A stretch of 60,348 bases of DNA. Origin: a virus. The position numbers were made by a program, and so were the translations under genes. This document shows positions 37,314-46,900 of the stretch, piece after piece. Location of the stretch: the UHGV virus genome UHGV-0030339; one strand, written 5' to 3'. Each line of letters begins with the position of its first letter. Positions within the stretch are counted from its first letter, which is position 1. Below the pieces are notes generated by a model. It searched no databases. It was not told the DNA's origin and saw only the letters and a list, made by a program, of their open reading frames with translations.

Positions 37314-38468
37314 TTAATCTTTAATCCTTTTCGCCATATTTTCAGGTAATACTTCTGGAAAATCCATTATGCTCATTTGACCAGCTATCTTATCAGTCGG
37401 ACCACATTTTTCTTGTGACATTCTAGCCTTTTTATATTCGTTGTACTTAGATCTATAGATATAGCTTTTTCCGAATATAGCCCAAGCAGCCTTAACTACG
37501 TTCGGCTCAAATGGCTTGATTTTCTCAAGATCATCTACTGCTTTATACGATATAGGGCAGCCGCAGCAACCGGTCCTGGTAAGACCGTACACTTCATATG
37601 CATCTGAATATTTAATCCCATAGTGTTCCTTGTACCATGCCTTATCTTTATCAGAGACATAATACAATGGTCTTAGCCGGAACTGCCCTGATGCGGTCTC
37701 TGTAAAGCACAATGCTGTGTTATCTTTTCTAGGGACCGATCTCATACCGCCCTCATCTCTGCGCTCACCTGTGATTATCATTTCATAATCTTTTTGAACT
37801 TTATGGGCAACCTGCTTTTTACAATAGTCGCAGCACTTTGCAGATATTTTAAAATCCGGCGGATACTCTCCGATAAAATCACGCATGTACTTCGATGAAT
37901 TGATAACCAGCTGAATATTAGGTCTTGGCTCTCCAGCGGCATTGCAACAGCATAAGAAATTAATCACACTTTCACATTTTGGATATCTTTCTCTCAGCTC
38001 CTGTCGCTTCGCTGCTTTATCTTCCGCCTGATCATATTCATCAGCAATAGACAACGGAATGTTTTTCTTCTGCCATTCTGACAACCCAGAAGACATAATC
38101 TTGGAAACAAACGGCACTCCATTTGTACGTGTAGCCTGGACAATATTGATTTTTGGTCTAACTTCATCAATTTCAATACCATATTTTTCTGCTGTTCTCT
38201 TTACATGATCCTTTGTAGCTTTCATTTCCAAACCAGTATTGAAAAACACATACTTAACAAGTGGAAGGTCAAATGCTTTCCTTGTACGTTCAATCAGATC
38301 GAGCATGATATCACTATCTGATCCCCCTGAATATGAACAAATTGCATTAGGATGTTCTTTTAAATGCTTTGCAATAATGCTCTGAATTGCTGTAAATTTC
38401 GCTGGCGCTTCAAAATCGGCATAATCTGGTCTATCTGTGTATACTCTGCTCCTATATTCTTCTTTCAT
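37314..38468 (-). CDS. PAPS reductase / PP-loop ATP pyrophosphatase-family protein
   Basis: SYSGGSDSD PP-loop motif; 384 aa with Cys clusters. Confidence 0.6.
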   Translation of the reverse strand: MKEEYRSRVYTDRPDYADFEAPAKFTAIQSIIAKHLKEHPNAICSYSGGSDSDIMLDLIERTRKAFDLPLVKYVFFNTGLEMKATKDHVKRTAEKYGIEIDEVRPKINIVQATRTNGVPFVSKIMSSGLSEWQKKNIPLSIADEYDQAEDKAAKRQELRERYPKCESVINFLCCCNAAGEPRPNIQLVINSSKYMRDFIGEYPPDFKISAKCCDYCKKQVAHKVQKDYEMIITGERRDEGGMRSVPRKDNTALCFTETASGQFRLRPLYYVSDKDKAWYKEHYGIKYSDAYEVYGLTRTGCCGCPISYKAVDDLEKIKPFEPNVVKAAWAIFGKSYIYRSKYNEYKKARMSQEKCGPTDKIAGQMSIMDFPEVLPENMAKRIKD

Positions 38469-38700
38469 TTTTGTTTGGAGTAAAGACGTCTTTTGTACCG
38501 GCCGGTAAACCTCTTACTCCTTTCGATTATTCTTTTTGGTACTTATCGCACCACCCAATTTCACAATTTCTGCTCCTATGGGTTATGATTATATAATTGC
38601 AGCTGACTTCTTTATTAGTATTGTGTGTACAGTATTTACAAGTTCGGCAAAGTTTGCGACTTGTTTTAATCATCTGTGTCTCACTTGGCATAAGCTCTCC

Positions 38701-39147
38701 CTAATTGAAAGGTAATGAATCATCATCCAAATTGTCTGGGATATTCATAAATCCATCTGAGTCAGCCGGACCATACGGAGAAGAGCCAGGATCAGTCTGC
38801 GTAGCTACGTTGCTATTCTGCTGCTTACTTTCGCCAAACTCAATCTCTTCCACTACAACATCTGTAGTGTGAACAGTATTCCCGTCCTTATTCTTATAAC
38901 TTCCGGTCTGAATACGTCCAAAGACAACGGCTTTCATCCCTTTTCGGAAATATTTTTCGATAAACTCCGCAGTATTTCTAAACGCTGTACAGTTAATAAA
39001 GTCAGCAGTCTGCTGGTCCTTATCCTTTTTAGCAAATCTTCTGTCAACAGCAAGAGTAAATCTTGCCACCGCCATTGATTGACTTCCCTGTGTATATCTC
39101 ACTTCTGGATCCCGGGCGAAACGCCCGGACAAAATCACTTTATTCAT
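38701..39147 (-). CDS. ssb: single-stranded DNA-binding protein
   Basis: OB-fold N-terminus, acidic tail ...DDDSLPFN. Confidence 0.85.
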   Translation of the reverse strand: MNKVILSGRFARDPEVRYTQGSQSMAVARFTLAVDRRFAKKDKDQQTADFINCTAFRNTAEFIEKYFRKGMKAVVFGRIQTGSYKNKDGNTVHTTDVVVEEIEFGESKQQNSNVATQTDPGSSPYGPADSDGFMNIPDNLDDDSLPFN

Positions 39148-39163
39148 AGCTTTTATTCCTTTC

Positions 39164-39883
39164 TTAAAACGGGCATTCGCCCGGATTTTTTAATTTCCAG
39201 CATTTACCTGGTTCTGCAACATCTACATTTACTCTGGGAACCACTGCTTTCATCTTCTCGATAAATTTACCAGCATCTGCATTTCCATTTGACAAATGGC
39301 ACATAATAACGTTCTGTAACTGATCTGATGCATTCGCTTTCACAAATTCGCAAGCTGTATCAATGCTCATGTGTCCACGGACAACATGGTTCGTTTTTGC
39401 ATCGTCACTAGGCAACAGTTTCGGATCGTAATTGACACCAAGCAGAATGTGATTTACATCCTTGAACCGCCACTTAATCAATTCTGTGTCAGTTACATAA
39501 ATCATTGTTCCCATCTCCGGGTGCTGAATCCAAAAGCCGTAACACTGGCATTCAGAGCCATCACCGTTCGTGTGCATCCATTTGTCATTTAAGTCAGTTA
39601 AATCAAATGCCCTCACTTTCCACGGAGCTTTGAATTTCACGCCATCATTCCTGTATGGTGCAAATATTTGTACCCCAATGTTTTCTAGGTCATTCATTGA
39701 TTTGTTGTGATCTTTATGTTCATGAGTAACTAAACATCCAAAAACATGCCTTAAATCCCAATTCAAACCTTTTTTAATTTCGGCTATTCGCAAACCAGCA
39801 TCTAATATAAGTGTTTCTTCAGTATTTGTTGTTAAAAGATAACAATTCCCAGAAGATCCAGTCCCAATAATTTTCAACCTCAT
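39164..39883 (-). CDS. MBL-fold metallo-hydrolase
   Basis: THEHKDH motif. Confidence 0.65.
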   Translation of the reverse strand: MRLKIIGTGSSGNCYLLTTNTEETLILDAGLRIAEIKKGLNWDLRHVFGCLVTHEHKDHNKSMNDLENIGVQIFAPYRNDGVKFKAPWKVRAFDLTDLNDKWMHTNGDGSECQCYGFWIQHPEMGTMIYVTDTELIKWRFKDVNHILLGVNYDPKLLPSDDAKTNHVVRGHMSIDTACEFVKANASDQLQNVIMCHLSNGNADAGKFIEKMKAVVPRVNVDVAEPGKCWKLKNPGECPF

Positions 39884-40053
39884 ACTATGCTGCTTTACCG
39901 GTATGCTTCCGGTCTTTTCTTTCCAGGTACAGCTTTACCAGTGTGTAGATCTGGCGAAGGAACAGGCTGTCTTCTATACTGTTTATGTTCTGGATGATGT
40001 ACTGCTTTACATGTTTGTTATTCATAGGCTACCTCCTCTAAATTTCAGTTTAC

Positions 40054-40755
40054 CTACGCAATCCATGCTTCCGGCGGCAAAGCATCGGCATAACGTTCAA
40101 ATTCTCTCCATTCTTTGCTGTACTCCGCGTACCGTCCCTGTTTTGCAGCGGCATTTTCATATAGCCTCTCGATTTCTTTCACTGCCTGCAAATACCCTGT
40201 GTTTTGATCACGCAAAATGTCAATGGCCGCTTTCAAATTATCATATCTGTTCCGTAAGCCAACGTAAGCAGAGTAAATCTTGAAACACTGTCTGGCTGCA
40301 ACAATCATTTCGTCCTTTGTCATCTGCTTTAATTTCTTTTTAGCTTCATCCTCTGACCAAGAGTCAGAACATCCAATGCCAAAGTAATCCTGTTCATACG
40401 CATCAAAGCCAAGCAGCCCACCATATGTCTCTCCGGCTCCTACTACCACAAAAAATATATCGAAGCAGGCCGGGACCCATTCCTCCTGGAGATCCTCAAA
40501 CATTCTGTCGCATTCTCCACACAAATCGGCAAATGCCATTCTAAATTCATACACTTCATCTTCATCCCCAAACAGCGCATTAATAAGACTATCATTCCCG
40601 TCTTCAGAATCCGTGTACCAATGTACCTCTTCGCAAGCTTCTTGGATGTCACACAGGTCCTGTTGAATAAATTCAAGATTGAGATTTTTTACAATAGGCT
40701 TTTTATATCTTAGTTGCCTTGCCTTAAATCGCTTTGTTTCTTCTGCGTCTACCAT
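40054..40755 (-). CDS. hypothetical acidic protein
   Basis: 233-aa ORF. Confidence 0.4.
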   Translation of the reverse strand: MVDAEETKRFKARQLRYKKPIVKNLNLEFIQQDLCDIQEACEEVHWYTDSEDGNDSLINALFGDEDEVYEFRMAFADLCGECDRMFEDLQEEWVPACFDIFFVVVGAGETYGGLLGFDAYEQDYFGIGCSDSWSEDEAKKKLKQMTKDEMIVAARQCFKIYSAYVGLRNRYDNLKAAIDILRDQNTGYLQAVKEIERLYENAAAKQGRYAEYSKEWREFERYADALPPEAWIA

Positions 40756-40777
40756 ATCTTGCTCCTTTTGCTAAATC

Positions 40778-41110
40778 TTAATTTTCTTTAATATCTCTCA
40801 AATCCAAATACATACATCCATCGGGTTCGTAATCTCCGTTTTCCCAGTCTGCTTCAAACTCCTCCCATGCTCCGATATATCTTCCAATCATGCTATCCTG
40901 TTCGATCAAGTAAAACAGATCCTTATTCTTTTTCCCATCGACCAGACCACAGAAGACCCATTTGCCTTTTTCTATTGAGCTTTCATAAACAAAAGCATCT
41001 TCCCCATTTATAAGCTCGTAAACTTTTTTCCAAAGATTATAATCATCATCTTGGGGATTCGCCTCGTCAAGCATTCTTTCCGTATTGAGGCACACTTTTT
41101 TCATGTTCAA
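40778..41110 (-). CDS. hypothetical protein
   Basis: 110-aa ORF. Confidence 0.35.
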   Translation of the reverse strand: MNMKKVCLNTERMLDEANPQDDDYNLWKKVYELINGEDAFVYESSIEKGKWVFCGLVDGKKNKDLFYLIEQDSMIGRYIGAWEEFEADWENGDYEPDGCMYLDLRDIKEN

Positions 41111-41617
41111 ATCACCACCAATCTTAATTTTTGTTTTTATGAGATTCAGATATCCGCCTTTTTACACACTTGGGGCATAAAAAGGCTCTCTTACTTTTAG
41201 CTTTAAATACAGTTCCGCAGTCTTCGCAGATCGTGTTATATACCTTTTCCATCCTATCTCCTATCTTAATTTTCCTTTTCATCCATGATGTCCTTGAAAA
41301 AGTTTTCCACCTTTTTCTTTGTTTCTTCGGAATCCGTCTCAAAAACTAGATGATATTCTTTCTTTGTGCTCCCATCTTTCAGCTCTATACCGTTAATTCT
41401 GCTGTACCAAGATTTACTCACAATAACCTCCAACTCTTAATTATTCCCATCATAAAGTCCAACATTATATTCTTCATTAGGCACCACCTCCATATGGTGT
41501 TGTTATGACTTTATAAATCCAGTTGTTAATGTTGAAAAATAATCCTGTAGAGATATATTTTCCTGATTTAGTCAAATATCCTACATATTTCTTCATATAC
41601 TTATTTCTCCAATTTTG

Positions 41618-42157
41618 TTAATCCTTCCACTGGATAACTCGTCTAAATGCATCTACCACTTTTCCTTCTCGTACCAGTCTCATGGTTTCCCGGCTATACA
41701 TTTCCGTGCAATACTCATCCACACTCATCATTGCTGGTAGTTTAAATAAAAAATCAAACAGATCTGCACCTGCATCTTTGTCTGGATCACGATATCTGCC
41801 AAATGATTTCTTCATTTTGCCGTCAATGCATTCAAATACTGCCACACAGTCCAGATTTACCACACCAGTTAGATATTCCATTCGCTTCTCTGGCTTTACA
41901 GCGTCATCGAAGAAGCAGAATCCCACAGAACTTGTTACCCGTGATCTCTTGCGCCAGTCCGTAAGGTTTCGCAGCGTTTCACCTGCTTTATATTTATCCA
42001 ACTCATCCTGACTCATGAATCTCACGTATCTCATTGCATCACCTCCAAACTTTAATTTTGCTTTATTCTCCATAAACAATATTCCTTGCAATCTCATACA
42101 GATACGGGTAAGCATGAGGGTTGAAATTAAACCCATACAACCGAAAGAATGCATCAT
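41618..42157 (-). CDS. hypothetical protein (true start probably internal)
   Basis: ORF; the N-terminal extension looks like junk. Confidence 0.35.
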   Translation of the reverse strand: MMHSFGCMGLISTLMLTRICMRLQGILFMENKAKLKFGGDAMRYVRFMSQDELDKYKAGETLRNLTDWRKRSRVTSSVGFCFFDDAVKPEKRMEYLTGVVNLDCVAVFECIDGKMKKSFGRYRDPDKDAGADLFDFLFKLPAMMSVDEYCTEMYSRETMRLVREGKVVDAFRRVIQWKD

Positions 42158-42572
42158 TGCTCATCTTGAACCATAATACAGCCCACTCAATTAAGCTTTT
42201 TCCTTTATATCTGCGCACTGCGTACCGTGCTTTTGCTCTGCTTCGCGCTAAACTATGTACTTCCATTACATCCTCCCTGATCTTAATATACAAATAACTC
42301 AATCAATATCTCCAGAATCGTCATCATTCCAATATATTGAAAAGCTTGCAACATGCATTTTTACTATTTTTTCATATGCTGCAGCTTCTTCTTCAGAAAG
42401 CTCTTTGTTTGCAATGGAATGATGTTCAAGTTGGGTAATTCCGTATTTATTACGGATTTGCTCACGTGTCATAAAAAGCTCCTTAATATTAGCGATGATA
42501 CCAAATCATCTTGCCGTCAACCATTTTCAGTTCTACCTTATTAGGATATGTCATTTCCTTTTCCCCACGCAT

Positions 42573-42797
42573 CTAATGACTTATAACTTCTGTACAAATA
42601 TCGAACAGGCCGCACCCGTTATTTTCAATAAGATAATCAACACCATTTTTATTAAGTTCTTTTTGCCGTTTTAAGGCCTTTCTTTCCGATGTCCACACAC
42701 TGTCGATAACATAATAACAATCATCAGCAAATCCACAAGCTATAACGATGTATACTACATTCGGCATTTTTTCACTTCCTCTGCATAATCTGGACAC
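42573..42797 (-). CDS. hypothetical protein
   Basis: 74-aa ORF. Confidence 0.35.
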   Translation of the reverse strand: MSRLCRGSEKMPNVVYIVIACGFADDCYYVIDSVWTSERKALKRQKELNKNGVDYLIENNGCGLFDICTEVISH

Positions 42798-42918
42798 TCT
42801 ACTGCATATTCGTAAGCATCCATATAGTCACACTGAAACCCGCAAGTGTCATTTGAAGGGCACTCTAGGCAACAGTATTGTGATCCGAATGTACATTCCC
42901 TTTTACACATACTGTTCC

Positions 42919-43662
42919 TCACTTCATAAAATCCGGCATTGCCTGCTGGCCGTCTGGTTCGGTTATTGTTTCCGGTTCTTCTGGTTCAAAATCAACCATA
43001 TTGGCATTGGCTGCAATTTCTTTTTGAGCCTGCATCTGCATTTCTTCCACTGGATATTCCTTAAAGTCGTTGTCCTGCATTTCCTCTTTTGTATACAGTC
43101 CCATAGTCAGTTCTGGGCAATTAAGGCTAGAAAAGAAAGATGCAGCTCTGTAACGAAGCATCAGCTGTGGCATGGTTTTCCATTTGCTTCCATTTTTAGA
43201 AAGCCAGCCTTCATCTTTTGCCATATCCATATCAACAGTCATACCTTCAACTCGTCTGCCGTTCTTCATTGTCCATGCCATGCAAGAAAATGGCTTCCCG
43301 TCTTTATCCTTCGTTTCCTCAAACTGCAATTCCATGTCAAATTTTCCAGAATTGTTAATAGCTGCAATCAAGAATTTAGAACTCCATGACGGTCTACCTT
43401 GGATTACATAAAGGTTCTGCATAACCATAAGCGGACTAACCTTAAGCCGATTGGCCTGCTCTATTGCAATTAAACAGTTTGCATCATTCCTCTGAAATGT
43501 AGCCGGAACAATTGTAGAACTCGAAAGCGCTTTAGCCATTTGCATAGCCATAATGAAATTGTCTGACGTACCAAAAATTCCAAGACTGTAGTCTGTCACT
43601 TTGTTTCTTGCCTGAATGGCCTCTTTCTTTTCCTCCGTTACTGCTATCTGTGTATCTGCCAT
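42919..43662 (-). CDS. recT: RecT-family single-strand annealing protein
   Basis: 247 aa; family pattern; acidic C-terminus. Confidence 0.7.
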   Translation of the reverse strand: MADTQIAVTEEKKEAIQARNKVTDYSLGIFGTSDNFIMAMQMAKALSSSTIVPATFQRNDANCLIAIEQANRLKVSPLMVMQNLYVIQGRPSWSSKFLIAAINNSGKFDMELQFEETKDKDGKPFSCMAWTMKNGRRVEGMTVDMDMAKDEGWLSKNGSKWKTMPQLMLRYRAASFFSSLNCPELTMGLYTKEEMQDNDFKEYPVEEMQMQAQKEIAANANMVDFEPEEPETITEPDGQQAMPDFMK

Positions 43663-43911
43663 AATTATTTCTCCTCCCCATCAAAAATAAGATTTATAAA
43701 ATCATTTACAATTTTCTCTTTTCCTTTTAATTTTTCTGCTTCTTCGTGAAGTTCCTCATCTGTTTTTCGGGATTTCTCTATTGCAAAATCTACAAGTTTA
43801 TCTCCGAAATTTTCTCTTGCACTTTTCAAAATAGTAAATACTTCGCCAAGAAGATCTACTGTATTTCCATTCATTTCCACTAAACCTCTATCTGCTTTAA
43901 TCATATTTTCC

Positions 43912-44934
43912 CTACCTTTCCAATAATTCTTTTACATACAAATCCATTGAATGGCACAGCTTAATGCAATTTCCATGTAATGCATGGTTTTTCCAAGCAT
44001 TATATTTTTCGTAAAACTTCTCTTCTGGCATTTTTTCAACCTTAACCAACTCTATCCATTTACGGATGTTTTTCTTGGCTCTACGTTTGTTGCTGCCATT
44101 CAATTTCCTTATATACTTGCCGTCAGATGTTATATAATGGTGAAAACCTGTAAAAGCTATCCCACATTTAAACGGAACTATTTGTGTTTTCCCATTTAGC
44201 TCCAATTTAAGGCTTGACAGAATTTGTATTATCTGATCTAAGCACATCTTCAGATACCCTTTGTCTGGATGAATTAAATAAAAATCATCCATATATCTCC
44301 CATACCTGGAAATTTTGAGATTTTCCGTAATGATATGATCCATTTCATCTAACATCAGAAGCGCATATACCTGCGCTACCTGGTTTCCAAGGGGAAGTCC
44401 CAGACCTTCTGTACTGTCAATAAATAAATGGTTCAGCCATTTAATGTACTCATCTGGGAAATGATAATCTACAATCTGTTTGAGGATTTCGTGATCTATC
44501 TTGTAGAAAAACTTCCTGATATCACACTTAAGAATCCAACCAGATAGTCCGTATTGGCTATAAAACTCTAACATCTGCTCTTTCAGGCAATCCATTCCAT
44601 AATGAGTACCTTTACCCTCTTGCCCGGCATAATTCGTTCTGATAAAACGTTCCTTTAATACCGGATGCAAGATTTCATCGCAAAGACAATGCTGCACCAC
44701 TTTGTCTTTAAAAGAACACGATTTAATCACCCGTTCTTTAGGCTCATATATTTTAAATTCATTGTACGGGTTCATACTATATGTCTGATTTTCCAGTTGC
44801 TCTTTTAATAGGTGCAAACCTTCCAAATTCATAGTCTGGAATTTCGCACAACTTCCATTAAAACCTTTACCAGACTTAGCTTTCCTATACGCTTTATACA
44901 GGTTTTCATAACTACATATAACATCTTTATACAT
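43912..44934 (-). CDS. diversity-generating retroelement reverse transcriptase
   Basis: 340 aa; DGR-RT N-terminus (NLYKAYRKAKSGK...DKVVQHCL), LGNQVAQ (DGR variant of the QGxxxSP box), YMDD. Confidence 0.85.
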   Translation of the reverse strand: MYKDVICSYENLYKAYRKAKSGKGFNGSCAKFQTMNLEGLHLLKEQLENQTYSMNPYNEFKIYEPKERVIKSCSFKDKVVQHCLCDEILHPVLKERFIRTNYAGQEGKGTHYGMDCLKEQMLEFYSQYGLSGWILKCDIRKFFYKIDHEILKQIVDYHFPDEYIKWLNHLFIDSTEGLGLPLGNQVAQVYALLMLDEMDHIITENLKISRYGRYMDDFYLIHPDKGYLKMCLDQIIQILSSLKLELNGKTQIVPFKCGIAFTGFHHYITSDGKYIRKLNGSNKRRAKKNIRKWIELVKVEKMPEEKFYEKYNAWKNHALHGNCIKLCHSMDLYVKELLER

Positions 44935-45032
44935 TGTAAAAATTCCTTTGTATTTACCCTTCCTGGGAGGGCCATGAGCTTTTTTGTATCTTTTACTGAT
45001 TTCGGCTTAATGCCTACTCTTACCGTCTGTGT

Positions 45033-45106
45033 GATACAGAATGGACGAACACCGTTGTTGTTATTGTAATTGTTGTTGTTGATATTGCCGGAAGGCGAAA
45101 CAACGG
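45033..45106 (-). repeat. DGR template repeat (TR)
   Basis: 74 bp homologous to the VR copies; coding sense is AAC/AAT-rich (GNINNNNYNNNNGVRPF); every TR-VR mismatch sits at a TR adenine. Confidence 0.85.
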
Positions 45107-45131
45107 TTTGTACAGTTCACAGCCCAATTTC

Positions 45132-45503
45132 TTATCTTTCTCTGTCTTTCGTTCTCCAAGCAATCGCCATATGCTTAATATCGGTCACTATTTTTGACCA
45201 ATATTCCATGCTTTTCACATTGATAATATTTAACTTCATGGACAATTCAATGTAAAACAGAAGCTCATCGCAATGTGTGATTGCCTTGGTTTGCAATTCT
45301 GACCGGTCCCTGCGATATGATTTCAAATCAGTTCTGTTTGCTTCGTACAGATACTCATAAATTTCAAGAGCCTTATTCTGCATTTTATCTACAAGAGAAA
45401 ATCTATATTTCTTGGGATACCGGTTGCAATTTGAAGTCACTCGCAAGGTATGCTCCGCCAGTTCCTTTGCTTTAAGAATCACCTTTAAGTCGTTTTCTGC
45501 CAT
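45132..45503 (-). CDS. avd: DGR accessory variability determinant (Avd)
   Basis: 123-aa basic helical protein between the VR-bearing gene and TR-RT. Confidence 0.7.
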   Translation of the reverse strand: MAENDLKVILKAKELAEHTLRVTSNCNRYPKKYRFSLVDKMQNKALEIYEYLYEANRTDLKSYRRDRSELQTKAITHCDELLFYIELSMKLNIINVKSMEYWSKIVTDIKHMAIAWRTKDRER

Positions 45504-45507
45504 TTAC

Positions 45508-46122
45508 TTATTCCTCTGATTCAAAGATTGAAGAGGAAAAGATACAAAACGGACGAACACCGTTGCTGCCATAGTAACTGCAGTAGTTGACATCGCCGGA
45601 AGGCGAAACAACGGCTACTGTACTGGAATAATCATTGCAGGGTGTACTCCATGGAGTAATTAACCACCACCATTTATTTGCATTAGGAATGTACTCCCTA
45701 TATTTTCTGTACTCATCTACTGTCAGAAGAGACATTTTATCAGTGCATGATCCGTATTCTGTCTGACCATCCAGAGAAATGAGATTTCTTTCAAACTCTA
45801 ATACATTTCCTTTACCTATTTCTTCTTCCAGCTTTTCTAAAAACTCTTTGTTCAGATAGCTTCTCAGGTCACTTGTTTTCCAGTTGTTATCATCAGAGTC
45901 AAATTCTCTATTTCCAATAGATTCTGCCAGGCACATATATCCCGCATCTGTAATATCCAGAATTTTCCATGTTGTTCCAGCAAGTTGAAATTCGTCTCCG
46001 ATTGAAAGTCCAGCCGGTAGATTCTTCATGTTCTTAGAATCGTTACCTTTCAATGCATTTATTTCTTTCTTCAACTCATCGATCTGATCCTGAAGCACTT
46101 TCATTGTTAATGCCATGATCAT
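45508..46122 (-). CDS. DGR target protein 1 (DUF1566/C-type-lectin-like variable domain at C-terminus)
   Basis: C-terminal ...WWWLITPWS...VAVVSPSGDVNYCSYYGSNGVRPF; VR at its 3' end. Confidence 0.8.
   Translation of the reverse strand: MIMALTMKVLQDQIDELKKEINALKGNDSKNMKNLPAGLSIGDEFQLAGTTWKILDITDAGYMCLAESIGNREFDSDDNNWKTSDLRSYLNKEFLEKLEEEIGKGNVLEFERNLISLDGQTEYGSCTDKMSLLTVDEYRKYREYIPNANKWWWLITPWSTPCNDYSSTVAVVSPSGDVNYCSYYGSNGVRPFCIFSSSIFESEE
45541..45614 (-). repeat. DGR variable repeat VR1
   Basis: flanks ggacgaacaccgtt / gccggaaggcgaaacaacgg identical to TR; internal differences only at TR adenines. Confidence 0.85.
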
Positions 46123-46718
46123 TCTCCCTTCGATACAAAGATATGAGATTTCAAGATACAGAACGGACGAACACCGTGGAAGTTAATGCAACCGCTGTTG
46201 CTGACATTGCCGGAAGGCGAAACAACGGCTACTGAGTACTCCCAACCGCGTTCTTTGGTGCTCCATGGGGTGCATGTCCACCCCCAGTCATTCAGATTCT
46301 TATTGACAAGCAGGTCATTAAATTCCCTTGCCTCATCAAAGGTAATTGGCCTTACTTTGCATACACAGTCTTCATATTCATGCTGCATATCTACCGATGC
46401 CAAGTTTACAGTATGCTCAATCAGATTTTCTGCGCCTACAGCATTTTCAATGATCGGCTGAATATCCGATTCAATCAGTTTTTTAAGTTTGGACTTATTG
46501 TAATCTGTTGATCTTTTGTCAAATTCAACATTCTCGGCCATAAAGCCCTTTGAAATAACTGCCGCATAATTAGGTGCCTGCATAAGCACGATAAAATCAT
46601 GCTCACCAACTTTAAATACTTCCCCTGGCTTCAGTTCTGACAGCCTCGCTTCGTTCTTTTTCTCTGCTTCTTCTAATCGCTTTACTAACTCTCTTGCCAT
46701 GTCTAAGGCTTTGCTCAT
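46119..46718 (-). CDS. DGR target protein 2 (paralog of target 1)
   Basis: C-terminal ...CTPWS...VAVVSPSGNVSNSGCINFHGVRPF; ATGA overlap with target 1. Confidence 0.8.
   Translation of the reverse strand: MSKALDMARELVKRLEEAEKKNEARLSELKPGEVFKVGEHDFIVLMQAPNYAAVISKGFMAENVEFDKRSTDYNKSKLKKLIESDIQPIIENAVGAENLIEHTVNLASVDMQHEYEDCVCKVRPITFDEAREFNDLLVNKNLNDWGWTCTPWSTKERGWEYSVAVVSPSGNVSNSGCINFHGVRPFCILKSHIFVSKGE
46155..46228 (-). repeat. DGR variable repeat VR2
   Basis: same conserved flanks; adenine-specific substitutions relative to TR. Confidence 0.85.
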
Positions 46719-46900
46719 TTTTACTTCCTCCCTTACTAAATTGCGTTAAATGTCTGGACTGCAAACAGCTCATTTACGGTCTTTTTAAAGACTTCACCGT
46801 CAATCTTCACGCTGTACATAAACCCGTCATTTTCAAGAGTTACTCTGCACTGCTTTTTTCCTGCCCAAATTCTCTTTTCCTTTTCGATAACCAACATTTC

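Noticed and set aside
45033-46228. Three spaced copies of a ~74-bp repeat as a possible CRISPR array
   Set aside because: The spacings are ~500-600 bp, and two copies lie inside ORFs at their 3' ends with adenine-specific differences. This is the DGR TR/VR architecture, not a CRISPR.
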